Shown here piece by piece: positions 13,401-27,100 of a stretch of 64,000 nucleotides of DNA. Within the stretch, counting starts at the first letter, position 1; the number at the start of each line of letters is the position of its first letter. The stretch lies in the NCBI RefSeq assembly GCF_020745735.1, contig NC_083409.1, forward strand, positions 11,463,052 to 11,527,051, read 5' to 3'. Made by a program: the position numbers and the translations under genes. A model generated the notes under the pieces. That model saw nothing but the letters and a program-made list of their open reading frames with translations. It ran no database searches and was not told the DNA's origin. Source of the stretch: Hemiscyllium ocellatum (taxonomy: Eukaryota).

Positions 13401-13719
13401 TGAGGGTTGGTTGTGGTGTAGCACGGGGGAATGGGTGTTGGAGAGAAAGGAGATTGGGGCGGAGGTGGGCTGTGGAGTGAGGTGGGGGAGTGGGAAGGTG
13501 GGGATGAGGTGAAGAGGGAGAAGTGGAGGGATAGGGTGCATTGAGGGGGTGGATGGGTGAGGAGGGAGAGCGAGTGTGCTGGCTGGCTGCAGGTAGGCAG
13601 TTGGACTCAGGGTGACTGTGGGAAATGCAGTCTGAGTCTTGGTTGCAGAGTGGGAGGGGCCTGAATTGTAGGCAGAGGTTGGAGCGAAGTCAAGGCCAGT
13701 CTGAGTGTTTTGACTCAGG

Positions 13720-13990
13720 TTCAATTCCAGCCTCAGGCAAATGTCTGTGTGGAGTGTGTACATTCTCCAAATGTCTGCGTAGGTTTCCTCTGGGTGCTCT
13801 GGTTTCCTCCCACATTCTAAAGACATGCAGGTTAAGTGAATTGGCTGTGCTATGTTGCCCATAGTGATCAGGGATGTGTAGGTTAGGTTCATTAGTCAGG
13901 GCAAAAGTAGAGTAATGGGATAGGAGATTGGGTCTTGGGTGGGTTACTCTTCCAAGGATAAGTGTGGACTTGTTGGGCCAAACGGCCTTC
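13720..13990 (+). mobile_element. HE1-like SINE (5' degenerate)
   Basis: Same body and tail as 22866-23190 (tgtgtggagtgtgtacattctcc...gtgtggacttgttgggcc). Confidence 0.75.
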
Positions 13991-14199
13991 CCACCACCCG
14001 CTGAGTGAAAACATTCTTCCCCAAATCTTATTTGTGGTGCCCATGATGAAATATTTCAAACCATTCATTTTGTCTCGTGTCGTTTAGCTCTTGGGCTCCT
14101 TGTTCAATAAATGGTTTATTCTTTTTGATAAAATATGAGTTCCCTGACAGGGACAGTTAACTTTGTCCAATCAAGGAGTCCTGGCGGACAGATAAAAAG

Positions 14200-14760
14200 A
14201 GGAGTGTCTTAATCCCTGCCCTCCCCTTCACTGTTTGATCACACAACATTGCCCTTTGATGTGAAGTGCACTGCTTGTCACTGGCCACGCGGGTGTTTTC
14301 CTATCTTCCTGGTGGTGGAAATTGAATAAAGATTCGGGCGCTTTGTGTCTCTCACTGTGTCTCACACCTACACACACACACACCATGGGTGCTGGGGAAA
14401 AAAATAAGCTCTCCTGCATTCGGCGGTAGTGTGGGGGTGAAATAAAACAGGCATGTTAGGGGTTCTGAACATTCTGAGAGCTGGCTCTGAGGGAGCTGGA
14501 TCAGTGTCAAGGACTCTCCACATGTAAGTAAGAAAAAAAGAAGAAAAAAAGAAAAAAGAGGAGTGTCAGAAGGACTGAAACTCTGGTACCTGACTCTGAA
14601 TAACAACCTGCCAACCAACCCCCTCCTTCTGTCACCCTCAATCTCCCCATGCTTACTCTTGTTTCACCTTCGATCCAGCCTGTGTTGCCTTTGGGAGAGG
14701 TTGGTCTTCCCTCCATCACCCAGGAATCTGGTCATTATCCCAGAGCAGTCACACTTTTAA
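14200..14760. repeat. Probable interspersed repeat / solo-LTR-like sequence
   Basis: Non-coding with an internal AATAAA (14324-14329) and LTR-like composition. No second copy was seen in the window. Confidence 0.3.
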
Positions 14761-15385
14761 CCTAAGGGTCAACACAGCTGTAGCAGGGGGAGAGAAGGTG
14801 GCACCTTCATGGTGGTCATACCTGTCATTAATCCACCACAACCTCTCTTGGGGCTGTATGAATTCAACCTCCCTCCCTCAGACAGCTCCCCTCCCTGGAA
14901 GGTAATATTGCTGCACCTAGTTTTGGGTTAATTAACCACTGAAATATGACTATGGGGAGCCAGCATTGGCTGGGCAGGCAGCCACAACTCCTCTGGCCCT
15001 GGATTCATAAAATCTCCTCGGAATTGATCAACACATTTGGGAGCACAGTGCCCACTGCCTCTGAAATCTCTCCCTTCCTGAGAATACACTCTCAGTATTC
15101 ACCTTTTTCAGCTGCTATCTGAATTTGCTATAAATTCTGTGCCCAGTGATCCTGCCCTTCCAGCTACCTAATGAAGGAGCAGCACTCCGAATGCTTTTAC
15201 TTCCAAATAAACCTGTTGACTATTATCTGGTGTTGTGTGTTTTTTAACTTTGGCCATCTGAATGAGCTGCCTCTCAGACTGAATCAGCTGAGCTGTTTTT
15301 CACTCATGATTTGAGAAGATTAAAGCCAAATCTTCAATCCCCAGCACAAAGCCCATTCTCAATCCATCGCTCGGAGACACAGACC

Positions 15386-15830
15386 TCAGAGAGACGCCTA
15401 CAGGCAGCACAGAGTAACACACTCACATTGAGAGAGACACCTTCAGGCAGCACAGAGTAACACGCTCACACTGAGAGAGACACCTACAGGCAGCACAGAG
15501 TAACACGCTCACACTGAGAGAGACACCTACAGGCAGCACAGAGTAACACACTCACACTGAGAGAGACACCTACAGGCAGCACAGAGTAACACACTCACAC
15601 TGAGAGAGACACCTACAGGCAGCACAGAGTAACACACTCACATTGAGAGAGACACCTTCAGGCAGCACTAAGTAACACACTCACACTCCATGCTGCGGAT
15701 CGGTGTCTCACCGAATGTGGGTGTGTTACTGAGCGCTGTCTGTGGTGTGTCTCTGAGTAACACAGCCACACTCAGAGAGACATCTACAGGCAGTATTAAG
15801 TTAAACACTCACACTCAGAGAGGCACACAG
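15386..15830. repeat. 43-bp tandem repeat x7 plus one inverted and one degenerate direct copy
   Basis: Unit tgagagagacacctacaggcagcacagagtaacacactcacac starts at about 15386, 15429, 15472, 15515, 15558, 15601 and 15644. Reverse-complement copy at about 15700-15760. Confidence 0.9.
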
Positions 15831-16187
15831 CCAACAATGTCTGTGATTGGCCGAAGATTATTTCAGGGGCTATCCGACATGCAGCAGAGATTGCACAGTT
15901 CGATCCCATCAGCTGGGCATGTACCAACAGAGTGAAGAGGGAATGCATCAGATTGCACTTACTGAGTCCCAACAACTTTCAGTTTCTGTTCTTTTTGGAA
16001 TCTACATAAATTCCTGATTAAAGGGATCATTTGAAAATGATTGATGATTGATGATTGTAATTGATTGACAGGCCAAGTAACCAATTGTGACAATGACCTG
16101 CTGAAATACAGCCAATCAACTGAGAGATGGGGGGGGAGGAAGTCAGTTATTTCCAAAGCAGACAGAGACAGAGACTGAATCTTCACC

Positions 16188-16193
16188 TTTATT
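16188..16193 (-). terminator. Polyadenylation signal AATAAA of the functional C gene
   Basis: tttatt on + about 500 nt past the stop; conserved in the paralogous 3'UTR (2278-2283). Confidence 0.65.
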
Positions 16194-16690
16194 CCCTTTT
16201 CCACATTCACATTGACAGAAAAAGAAACAATTGCAATTAACAGCCAAGACAGAGGAAGCTGCTCAAATTCATAGCCACAATGGAGATTGAGGAAAACACT
16301 TGGAGAGATTTTCTCAATAACATGAGAATCCTGTCCCTTTAAACAGTGACAAAACCTTAAACTGGAACTGGCAGCTGAGCAGGAAGGAGATCTGGTTTAC
16401 TGAAGCAGAGACTTCTGAGGTTCACATTGTTTCGTGCAGCTAACATAAAAAGGCAATCCTGTCCCCATCAAACATTCCCAGGACAAGGTACAGCATGGGG
16501 TTTGACACAGCGTAAAGCTCTCTTGACACTGTCGCGATGACCTGCTTTAACATCCAAACCTCAGAAGTTTCTCTGAGCAATCCTGAGAAGGAAGAGAGTT
16601 GAAATTCTGTGCTGGCAATGACCTTTGACCTGCCAGCTCAACCCTGTTCTATTTAAAGTTGTGTCTCCTCTGTGGACTGTCTCACACACT

Positions 16691-17019
16691 CTACACACAT
16701 TCTGATCTCCTGATGCTCTTGCTGAGGGGAGACGGGAGGGTCACATGGGTGAGGGCACAGGAGAAGCGAGCATTGGACTCCCAGTCAGACCCAGAGAGGG
16801 TCAGCAGGCTGCTGACACTGTAGGTGCTGTCCGAAGCTCGCAGGTAGTTGCTGGTCTGAACCCCGTCTGAAATGACTGCACCGTCCTTCTTCCACTGCAC
16901 CTCCAGCTCATCGGGATAGAAGTGATTGGCAAGGCACACCAGAGTGGCAGTGCCCTTGGCATTGACCTGCTCCGGGGAGGGGGGCAGCAGGGTCAGCTTG
17001 GGCTGAGAGTTCTCACGGC
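16691..17019 (-). CDS. IGKC: Ig light chain constant exon, kappa type (shark NS4/type III), intact
   Basis: Acceptor ttgtctttcag at 17020. Reads (S)RENSQPKLTLLPPSPEQVNAKGTATLVCLANHFYPDELEVQWKKDG...YSVSSLLTLSGSDWESNARFSCALTHVTLPSPLSKSIRRSECV*. Has the C1-set Cys/Trp/Cys and the penultimate interchain Cys; the phase matches the J donor. Confidence 0.97.
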
Positions 17020-19094
17020 CTGAAAGACAAGAGAAACAATTTTAATTCCTGCCACTGGAAGGGAATTCAACCATAATCTGGCCATACAATCTTTTTGAAT
17101 ATTTGTCATCAATACAGAATAAACCCAACAAATGACCAAGCATTGTTCACATTGCTTCCTGGGCCGAGAGTGTCACTGGCAGGACCAACATTTATTACCC
17201 ATCGCTAATTGCCCCTGAGAAGGTGATGGTGAAGTAGCATAGAGAGAAGGGACAGTTTCTGGGCAGCTGGAAGGGCTGTCAATGGGGGAGCATTTTCGTG
17301 ACAGTGATCAGATCTCAGTGAGATTGAGAGTAGGGATGGAAATGGAGAACCATGGAGCAAGTGTAAAAGTTTTCATTTTACTAAACTGTGCGGTGCTTTG
17401 GTAAAAGTGGATCGGAACCTATGGCATGATGGGAAATCAGTGTCAGGGCAGTAGGAGCCCTCGAAGGATGAGACAGACTGTTCAGAATCTGGTCCCACAA
17501 TTAGTAAGGGTGTGGCTTCCAGATCTAGACCAAATGAACAAGAGGATTGGGGTTCACATACTGACATGGATTGGGAACTGGTTGGCAGACAGGACAGAAA
17601 GAATGAGTCTTTTTCTGAATGACAGGTAGTTACACAGTGGTCAGTCCTTGGTACTCAGTTATTCTTAAAGTATAATAATAGAATCATTGAGTCAGAGAGA
17701 CCCAAAAGGCCCATCAGCCCATTGTGTCCATACTGGTCAAAAAACAACAACCCAATAATTCTCATCCATTTTACCAGCATGAGGGAATTAGATGCGTTAT
17801 GTGTTCAATAAGGAATTAGATGTAGTTCTTCAGACTAAAGGGATCAAAGGATGTGGGGAGAAAGCAGGAACAGGGGACTGTGTTGGATAATCAGCCATGA
17901 TCATATTGAATGGTGGAGCAGGCTTGGGGGCCGAATGGCCTACGGTTGCTCGTAGTTTGGATGTTTCTATCTGTATCTCAGATAATGAAGGAATTTGAAG
18001 CTGCAAGTCATGTGGAGGTGAAAGATGTGGCCATGATGTTTAATGCAGGTCAGTGAGGTGGTAAGAAGACACATGGGATAAACTGTTCTTCATTTTCCCT
18101 TGATGGAATGAGGGCAATTGCTGGATCGGCAGCATTTATTGTCCATCGCTAATCACCCAAAGGGCAGTTTAGAGTCACCCACATTGCTGTGGGTCTGGGG
18201 TCACATGGTAAGGATGGCAGTTTCTTTCCCGAAAGGACATTAGGGAATCAGATGCCGTTTTCCTGACAATCAAAGATGGTTTCGTGCTCGTCATTAGACT
18301 CTTAATTCCAGATTTTTTTTGATTGAATTTGAATGCCACCATCTGCTGGATTCTAAACCTGGTCCCCAGAACATTACCTGGATCTCTGGATTAACAGCTC
18401 AGCAATAACACCATTAGACCATCACCTCCCTTATCTCATTTTTGGTTGACTGTGAAAGCCAGGTGTTTGTTTATTCTGGAACTGTATAAAACCCCAGTTA
18501 GAGCACAGTGAGAGAACAGTGTACGGTTCTGGTCACCACATTACAGAAGGATGTGATCTCTTGAGAGACCAGGACAGAGGAAGAGTTTGTCTGGAATGGG
18601 AACTTTGAGCTTTGTGGAATGGTTGGATTGGCTGGGAGTGTTTTTGTTGGAACAGAGGAGGCTGAGGGGAGATTTGATGGCGGTGTATAAAATGATGAGG
18701 GGCCTGGACAGAGTGGGTAGGAAGGACTGATTTCCACCAGCAAAGAGGGCAATAACCCTGGGGAGAGATTGAAATCAGTTGGGGGCAGGATTAGAGGGGA
18801 GTTAAGGACATTTGTTTTCACCCAGAGGCTGGTGGGATGTGGGACTCACAGCCTGAAAGGGTGGGAGAGGCAGAAACCCTCATCACTTTGAAAAAACACT
18901 TGGGTATTCACTTCAAACAGCAAAACCTCCAGAGCTATGGAGTAAGAGCTGGAAAGTGGGATGGATCTTGATACTTCTTTAACAAACCTCCGATCACCCA
19001 CAGATCAGGAGAAATTTATCCGAGAACTTTGGAGCAGACTCGGATCCACACACTTCGGGAATGAGTCACATTGGGGTGTCTGTGTAGAAGGTTT

Positions 19095-19310
19095 TTTTTA
19101 GATTAGATTACTTACAGTGTGGAAACAGGCCCTTCGGCCCAACAAGTCCACACCGACCCGCCGAAGCGCAACCCACCCATACCCCAACATATACCCCTTA
19201 CCTAACACTACGGGCAATTTAGCATGGCCAATTCACCTGACCCGCACATCTTTGGACTGTGGGAGGAAACCGGAGGAAACCCACGCAGACACGGGGAGAA
19301 CGTGCAAACT
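19095..19310 (-). mobile_element. HE1-like SINE, 3' part
   Basis: (ttaga)n tail followed by acagtgtggaaacaggcccttcggcccaacaagtcc, as at 20941 and 23040-23190. Confidence 0.85.
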
Positions 19311-19829
19311 AGATTCTAGATTACATTTCAAACCTTGCTGCACACTGCTGGGCTGAGGTCAAGGGTGAAGCTGCAAAGAGTCTCAGTGTCCTTTGGATCA
19401 CTGCTCCTAATGACCCCATGCCCCTGGAAGGTGAGAGTGCACAGACAATGGGTGAGTGTTCAGATCAGGAGACTTCAAACTTAAAGAAAGACTTGCATTT
19501 GTGAAGCACCTGTCCCCAAATCAAGATGTCCCAGTGGATCTTTCCTGCAGACTGTGCACAGCGAGATCCCAAACACAATATGATAAAAAGAAGAGAAACA
19601 GATTTTCATTGATTTTGATTGGGGGATAAATATTGATTAGGGACACCAGGGGGAACTGCCTGCTCTTCATCCAAAAGTCCATGGAATGGCATCTTTCACA
19701 ACTGAAAGACTCTCAGTTCATCCAAAAAAAAAGAATAGTTCACTGGAAGTGAGGTTGCAGGTAGGTGGCAGCCAGTGTCTACGCAGCAGGATTCAAGTAG
19801 AAGCAAGAGATCAAAGAGCAATAATGAGA

Positions 19830-20160
19830 AATATTGGCCTGATTAGATTCCCTCCAGTGTGGAAACAGGCAGTTCAGCCTGACAAGTCCACACCAACCCT
19901 CCAAACAGCAGCCCACCCAGAAACATTCCATACATTTACTCCTGACTATTTCATCTAACACTGTAGGCAATTTAGAATGGCCAATTCACCTGGCCTGCAC
20001 ATCTTTGGACAGTGGGAGTAAACCAGAGCACCTGGGGGAAACCCACACAGACACAGGGACAATGTGCAAACACCACACAGACAGTTTCCCAAGGCAGGAA
20101 TTGAACCCGTATCCTTGGCGCTGTGAGGTAGCGGTGCGAACCATTGAGCCACCATGCCTG
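19830..20160 (-). mobile_element. HE1-like SINE
   Basis: tRNA-like head (catggtggctcaatggttcgcaccgctacctcacagcgcc...gggttcaattcc on -) plus CR1-derived tail. Confidence 0.8.
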
Positions 20161-20940
20161 AGGTCAATCGGCACATAAAGTAATTTGGTTCAGTTGGATG
20201 GAAAATGAGAAAACAGAAGGTGAAGGAGAAGGTCGATTGCTGGTTAGTGGTGGGATTGATTGTTACCAGAAAATAAAAGATGGGGACGGATTTTTTGAAT
20301 ATCAAAGGAACTAAAGAAGTGCAGGGAAAATCAATAATAAAATAAATTTAAAGAGTTTGTAACTAAATGCACAAAGCATTCCGAATAAGGTAGACAAAGT
20401 GACGCAATAAATCAAGGTAAATTGAGTGTCCAAGGAATTAAACTAGTTAAAGTGGAGGAGGGCTCAGGAGAGGTTATTCAAGTTTCTAGAAGACAACCTA
20501 GGACAGAGAGTACAGAAAGGAACAAGAGTCGAACTTCAAGCACAGTAGATAAGAGGACAATGATGAGAAGGAGGGCAGTCAATGCAGGACTGAGGGTGTT
20601 GTACTTAAATGCACACAGTATACACAATGAGCTTGTAGTGCAGATTGAAACTGGTAGGTACGATGTTGTGGGTATCACAGAGACATGGCTGTAAGGGGGT
20701 CTGGGCTGGGAACTAAATATCCAAGGATCCATGTCCTATCAAAAGGACAGGCAGATGGGCAGAGGGGCAAGAGTTGCCTTGTTAGTGTGAAATAAAATTC
20801 AATCAATAGCAAGAAGTCAGAAGGTGTAGAATCTGTGTGGGTAGAGCTGAGGAACCACAATAAAGAATCTGATGCAAGTTATGTCCAGGTCTCCAAGCAG
20901 TAATCAGGGTGTGGGGAAGGAAATCAATCAGGAGACAGAA

Positions 20941-21235
20941 AATTAGATTAGATTACTTACAGTGTGGAAGCAGGCTGTTCAGCCCAACAAGTCCACACCG
21001 ACCCACTGAAGCGCAACCCACCCATACCCCTACATTTACCCCTTACCTAACACTACGGGCAATTTAGCATGTCCAATTCACCTGACCTGCACATCTTTGG
21101 ACTGAGGGAGGAAACCCACGCAGACATGGGGAGAACGAGCAAACTCCACGCAGTCAGTCGCCTGAGATAGGAATTGAACCTGGGTCTCAGGCGCTGTGAG
21201 GCAGCAGTGCTAACCACTGTGCCACCATGCCGCCC
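20941..21235 (-). mobile_element. HE1-like SINE, near full length, inserted in CR1
   Basis: Head ggcggcatggtggcacagtggttagcactgctgcctcacagcgcc on -, (tctaa)n tail. Confidence 0.85.
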
Positions 21236-22865
21236 AGAAAAGGGATAAACTAAATGTCAGGGTAGACCTCAATGGATAGGTGGACTGGGTAGTGCATCGA
21301 AAGAAAAGGATTTCATGGAATGTCTACGAGATGGTTTTTGGAGCAGCTTGTGGTTGAGCCATGATGGAACAGGCAGGTGTGGATTCAGTGATGTGGAATG
21401 AGGCAAACATGATTAGTGAGTTTAAGGTGAAAGTATCACTCTGGATAAGTGACCATAATTCCCCCTGTAGTTTGAGAGAGAGAAGCTACAATCAGATGGA
21501 ACTGTATTTCAGTTGAGTAAAGGTAACTGCAAAGACATGAGGAAGGAGCTGGCCAGAGTTGGTTGGAAGGGGAGCCGAGCAGGTAAGATGGTGGGGCAGC
21601 AAACAGCAGAGTTTCTGGGGGTAATTCAGGAAGTAGAGTAGGAATTCATCCCAAAAAAGAAAAAAACATTCTCAGGGGAGGACAAGGCAACCATGGCTGA
21701 TGAGGGAGGTCAAGGACAGCATAAAAGCAAAAGAAAAGGCATCCAATGTGGTGGAGGATAGTGGGAAGCCAGAGGATTAGGAAGTCTTTAAAGAGCTATA
21801 GAGGATAACTAAAAAAGCATTAAGGGTGGAGAAGATGAAATCTGGGAGTTATCTAGCCAGTAATATAAAAGAAGATTGCAAGAGTTTTAGCAAATATATA
21901 AAAAGGAAGAGGGAGGCAAAACTAGACATTGGATCACTGGAAAATGAGTTTGGAGAAAGAATAGTAGGAAATGAAGGAATAGCCGAGGAATTGAATCGAT
22001 ACTTTGCATCAGTCTGCACCATGGAAAACACCAGCAGTGTACCAGTACTTCCAGACTGTCAGGGGGCAGTTCAGGCGTGTAGTGGCCATCACTAAGGAGG
22101 AGGTACTGGGGAAGCTGGAAGGTCTGAATTTGGATAACTCCCCCAGACTGGATGAACTACACCAGTGTGTTCTGAAGGAGATCACTGAAGAGATTGTGGA
22201 GGCATTGGTGATGATCTTTCAGGAATCAATGGAGTCAGGGTGTGGAGGTGGAGATTTGATGGGGGATATATACCCCTTGCCTAAGGCTAAGGCCAATTCA
22301 CCTGACCCGCACATCTTTGGACTGTGGGAGGAAACCGGAGCACCTGGAGGAAACCCACACAGACACGGGGAGAACATGCAAACTCCACACAGTCAGTCGC
22401 CTGAGGCAGGAATTGAACCCAGGTCCCTGGCGCTGTGAGGCAGCAGTGCTAACCAATGTGCCACAGTGTCACCCGGTGGACTTGGAAGTGCAATGGTAAA
22501 ATAGGGCTGAGTCAACACGGTTTCATCAAGGGGAGGTCATGCCTGGCAAATGTGTTAGAATTCTTTGAGGAGGCAATGAGCCAGTCAGGCAAAGGAGAGT
22601 CCGAGGAAGTAATGTATTTTGATTTCCAGAAGGTATTTGACATAAGATAAGTGCCCAAAGTGTTAGGGGCAATGTACTGGCATGGACTGAGAACGGACAG
22701 GTTGGCATAAAGCAGAGAGTGAGGAAAGATGGCAGCTGGTGACTGGTAGAGTTCTGCAGGTGTCAATGTTGGGACAATAACTATTCACGTTATACATTAA
22801 CAATCTGGATGAAGGAAGTGAAGACATTGTTGCTAAGTTTGCAGACAACATGAGATAGGTGGAGG

Positions 22866-23195
22866 GACAGGAGGGGCGGCACGGTGGCACAGTGGTTAGC
22901 AGTGCTGCCTCACAGCGCCAGAGACCTGGGTTCAATTCCCAACTCAGGCGACTGACTGTGAGGAGTTTGCACGTTCTCCCCGTGTCTGCGTGGGTTTCCT
23001 CCGGGTGCTCCGGTTTCCTCCCACAGTCCAAAGATGTGCGGGTCAGGTGAATTGGCCACGTAAATTGCCCGTAGTGTTAGGTAAGGGGTAAATGTAGGGG
23101 TATGGGTGGGTTTCGCTTCGGTGGGTCGGTGTGGACTTGTTGGGCCGAAGGGCCTGTTTCCACACTGTAAGTAATCTAAAGTAATCTCTAATCTA
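22866..23195 (+). mobile_element. HE1-like (tRNA-head, CR1-tail) SINE, full length, inserted in CR1 RT
   Basis: ggcggcacggtggcacagtggttagcagtgctgcctcacagcgcc...gggttcaattccc (A/B boxes) and gtaatctaa tail; interrupts CR1 ...GGGACAGG|TAGTGTTGAGG. Confidence 0.9.
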
Positions 23196-24129
23196 AAGGT
23201 AGTGTTGAGGAAGTGGGAAGGCTGTAAAAGGTCCTAATAGGCTCTGAGAGTTGGCAAAGAAGTGGCAGATAGAACACAAGAAGAAATACAAAGACTGTTT
23301 GCTAAATGAGGAAAGCCTTTGGAAATCTAAAGCACAAACCTCATTCAGGTTTCCCTTCAGGTTAACAGGCAGGTCCAGTTTGTGCTTGAGAAGGCAAATG
23401 AAATGATAGCATTCATTTCAATAGGGCCAGAATACAAGAGCAGAGATGTACTGCTGAGGCTGTGTAAGGCTCTGGTCAAACTGTATTTGGAATATTGTGG
23501 GCATTTTTGGGACCCATATTTTAATAGAACAATGTACTGGCATTGGAGGGGTTTACAAGAATGATCCTGGCAATGAAGGGCTTGTCATATCAGGCGTGCT
23601 TGAGGACTCTGGGTCTGTACTCAATGGACTTTAGAAGGATGAAGAGGGATCTTATTGAAATTTACAGAATACTGACAGGCCTGGATAGAGTGGATGCAGA
23701 GAAGATGTTTCCAAAAACAGGAGAGACTCGGTAACCAAGGCACAGCCTCAGAATGAAGGGCCGACTCTTTAGAGTTGAGATAAGGGTGAATCTCTTCAGC
23801 CAGAGGGTGGTGAATCTGTTGAACTTATTGCTACAGAGGGCAGTGGAGGCCAAGTCACTGAGTGTATTTAAGACAGGGATAGATAGGTTTGTGATTGTTA
23901 AGGGGATGGAAAATTCCTGTGGAGTAGGCAGGAGAATGGGGTTGAGAAGCATATCTGCCAAGATCAAATTGCAGAGCAGATTCAATGGGCTGAATGGCTG
24001 ATTTCTGCTCCTATTTCTTAAAGTCTTCTGGAGAGTTTCCCAAAACCCTGGAACACTGAACCTACTGGACTGTGAGCCCTGCTGTAGCTGTTTATCAACA
24101 GATAACCAAAGAGTGGAGAGAGTGTGCAT

Positions 24130-27100
24130 TTAGGTGGGAACTTCAGAATGCTTCCCAGCTCCTGGAATACCATGAGTACAGGAAGTGTGGTCAGTGACAG
24201 CAGTTGGAGCTCCAGGTTCTGGAGCTTGAGCAGCAGCTGGTGTCAGTGGAGAGCATCTGTGAGGCTGAGAGCTCCGTGGAGAGCACGTTTCTAGATGTGG
24301 TCACTCCGAAGCTTCAGAGTATGCAGGGAGAGAGGGAATGGGGGAGCAGCAGACAGTCCAAAAGGACCAGGCAGCGAGTACAGGAATCCCTGAGTGCCTC
24401 CCACTCTCCAACTAGGATTCAGTTCAGAATCCTGATGAGAATGATGGTTCATCTGGGGAGTGCAGCCAGAGCCAAGTCCCTGGCACCACAATTGGGGGGG
24501 GGGGGGCTCAGCTATACAGGAGGGCAGAAGGAAAACTGGAAGAGCGATAGTGAGAGGATATTTGAGAGTGAGGGCATCGATAGGTGTTTCTGCAGCTGCA
24601 GATGGGAATCCAGGATGGTGTGTTGTCTCTCTGATGCCAAGGTCAAGGATGTCACTGAGCGGCTGCAGAGCACCCTGAGGGGAGAGGGGGAACAGCCAGC
24701 AGTCATAGTCCACATTGGTCCCAGTGATGGATGGAGAAAAAGGAACGTGGTCCTGCAGTCAGAAGGTTGGGAGCTCTGGAGGGAATTAGCAGCAGGAACT
24801 GAAAAGGAGGAATCTCCGGATGACTTCCAGTGCTACATGCAGGTGAGAATAGAATCAGGAGGTGAGCACAGGTGACTGTGGGGCTGGAAAGAGGATCCAT
24901 GAGGGAGGTCTTTGGATTTTTGTGAGGTGGTTTACTCATGCAGTTAGAGAGGGTTTAAACTAACTTGGCAGGGCTGTGCGAACCAGGAGAGAATGTCAAA
25001 GAGGAACACAAAGGAACACAGAATCCTCAGTTCAGTCAATAAGTCACCTCCCAGTGGGAAGGATGTGGAAGAATACAAATGCATGAATTTACAGAGACCT
25101 GCAAATATGATAGAGTTGTTATAAATGGGCGGGGCGGTCTTTAGCTTCTGAATATAGACTGGGATAGTAGCAGTGTAATGGGCAGGAAGGGCCCAGAGTT
25201 GTGAGAGTGTGTTCAGGTGAATTTTCAGGTGGCATCGGTGGCTCAGTGGTGGCTCAGGTGGGGCAGCACGGTGGCTCAGTGGGTAGCACTGCAGCCTCTC
25301 AGAGCTAGGGTCACAGGTTCGATTCCAGCCTTGGGTAACTGTCTGTGTGGAGTTTGCACATTCTCCCTGTGTCTGCGTGGGTTTCCTCCGGGTGTTCTGG
25401 TTTACTCCCATGGTCCAAAGATGTTCAGGTCAGGTGAATTGGCCATGCTAAATTGCCCACAGTGTTAGATGCATTACTGAGAGGGAAATGGGTCTGGGTG
25501 GGTTACTCTTCGGAGGATCGGTGAGGACTTTTTGGGCAGAAGGGCCTGTTTCGACCCCGTAGAGGCTCTAATCTAATCATTGGCAGTGAAGAAGGCTGTC
25601 TAAGAATACAATGGAATCTTGATCAACTGGGCCAGTGGGCTGAGGAATGGCAGATGGAGTTTAATTCAGATACATGTGAGTGCTATATTTTGGTAAGACA
25701 CAAGACATGGGTGAGATCCCAAACAAATATTTCAGGTCAGTATATATTGTGGAGAAAGCTAGGGAATTTGGAAAAATAGTGATGTCTTGAAAAGAGACCA
25801 CACACAAATGAGGAGACGCTCAAGATCTGAAAACACATAAAAGTAGTAGATAAACCCTAGGACCTGATCAGGTGTATCCCAGAACATTGTGGCAAACTAG
25901 GGAAGAGATTGCTGGGCCCCTTACTGAGATATGTGTATCACTGACAACTATGGGTAAGGTGCTGGAGAACCAGAGAGGTTGGCTAATGTTATGCCATTAT
26001 TTAAGAAAGAAAGACTGTAAGGAAAAGCCAGGGAATTATAGACCAGTGAGCCTGATGTCAGTGTTGGGTAAGATGTTGGAGTGGATTCTGTGGGATAGGA
26101 TTTACATTCTTTGGATAATCAATGTGGTTTTATGCATAGGAAATCATGTCTCCTGAATTTGATTGAGGAGGTGACAAAGAAGATTTATGGAGATAGAACA
26201 ATAGACATTGTCAATATGGACTTCAGTAAAGTTTTTGACAAGGTTCCACATGATAGACTGGTTAGTAAGGTTAGACCACATGGGATCCAGGGGGAGTGAG
26301 CCATTGGGATAAAAAAATTGGATTGAAGATAGGAGACAGGAGTGGTGGTAAAAGGTTGCTTTTCAGACTGGAGATCTGTGAATAGCTGTGTGCCACTAAC
26401 ATTGGTGCTGGATTCACTATTTTATAGAAATGATTTGGATGTGAATATAGGAGTTACAGTAAGTTTGTAGATGATATCTAAATTGGTACGATAGTGGATA
26501 GCGAAGAAATTCATCTCAGAGTACAGCGGGACCTTCATCAGATGGGGCAATGGGCAGAGGTGTAGCATATGGAGTTCAGTTTAGATAACTGTGAGATGTT
26601 GCATTTTGGAAAGGCAACCCAGGGCAGGAGTTAGACAGTTAATGGGAGGGCCCTGTGGAGTGTTGCTGAACAAAGAGACCTCGGATTGAAGATGCAAGTG
26701 CATTATTACTTGAAAGTGGGGTCACAAGTAGACAGGGTGATGAAGAAGGTGTTGGGTACACTTGCTTTTATTGGTCACTATTTTGAGTATAGGAGTTGGG
26801 ACATCATGTTGCAGCTGTACAGGAGATTAGTGAGGCCACTTTGGCAATAATGTGAACAATCCTGATCACCTTGAAAATAGGAAGGATGCTGTTAAACTTA
26901 TAAAGCTGCAGAAAAGATTTACAAGGACATGGCCAGGAATTGGAGGGTTTGAGCTATAGGGAAAGGCTGAAGAAACTGGGTCTATTTTTCCTACAGCATC
27001 TAAGGCTTCGGGGTGACCTTATAGATGTTTATACAATCATGAGGGGCATGGACAGGGTGTATATCCAAGGCCTTTTCTTTGGGAAAGGGAGTCCAAAACA

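Larger units (their letters stand above)
20300..23950 (+). mobile_element. Decayed CR1 LINE ORF2 (endonuclease-RT) with nested SINEs
   Basis: LRVLYLNAHSI...YDVVGITETWL (APE domain); CKSFSKYIKRKR; SQHGFIKGRSCLANVLEFFE; FADN; 3' tail. Many frameshifts. Confidence 0.85.

Noticed and set aside
15386-15690. 43-bp array as a CRISPR-like array or cryptic RSS array (CACAGAG per unit)
   Set aside because: No unique spacers, eukaryotic context, and no nonamer at 12 or 23 nt.
1-16690. Search for a Kde/RS-like 23-RSS downstream of C (CACAGTG at about 262, 458, 6876, 7965, 12287, 12934, 15045; nonamer-like at 6784 and 9790)
   Set aside because: None pairs a heptamer with a nonamer at 12 or 23 nt; the counts are compatible with chance.
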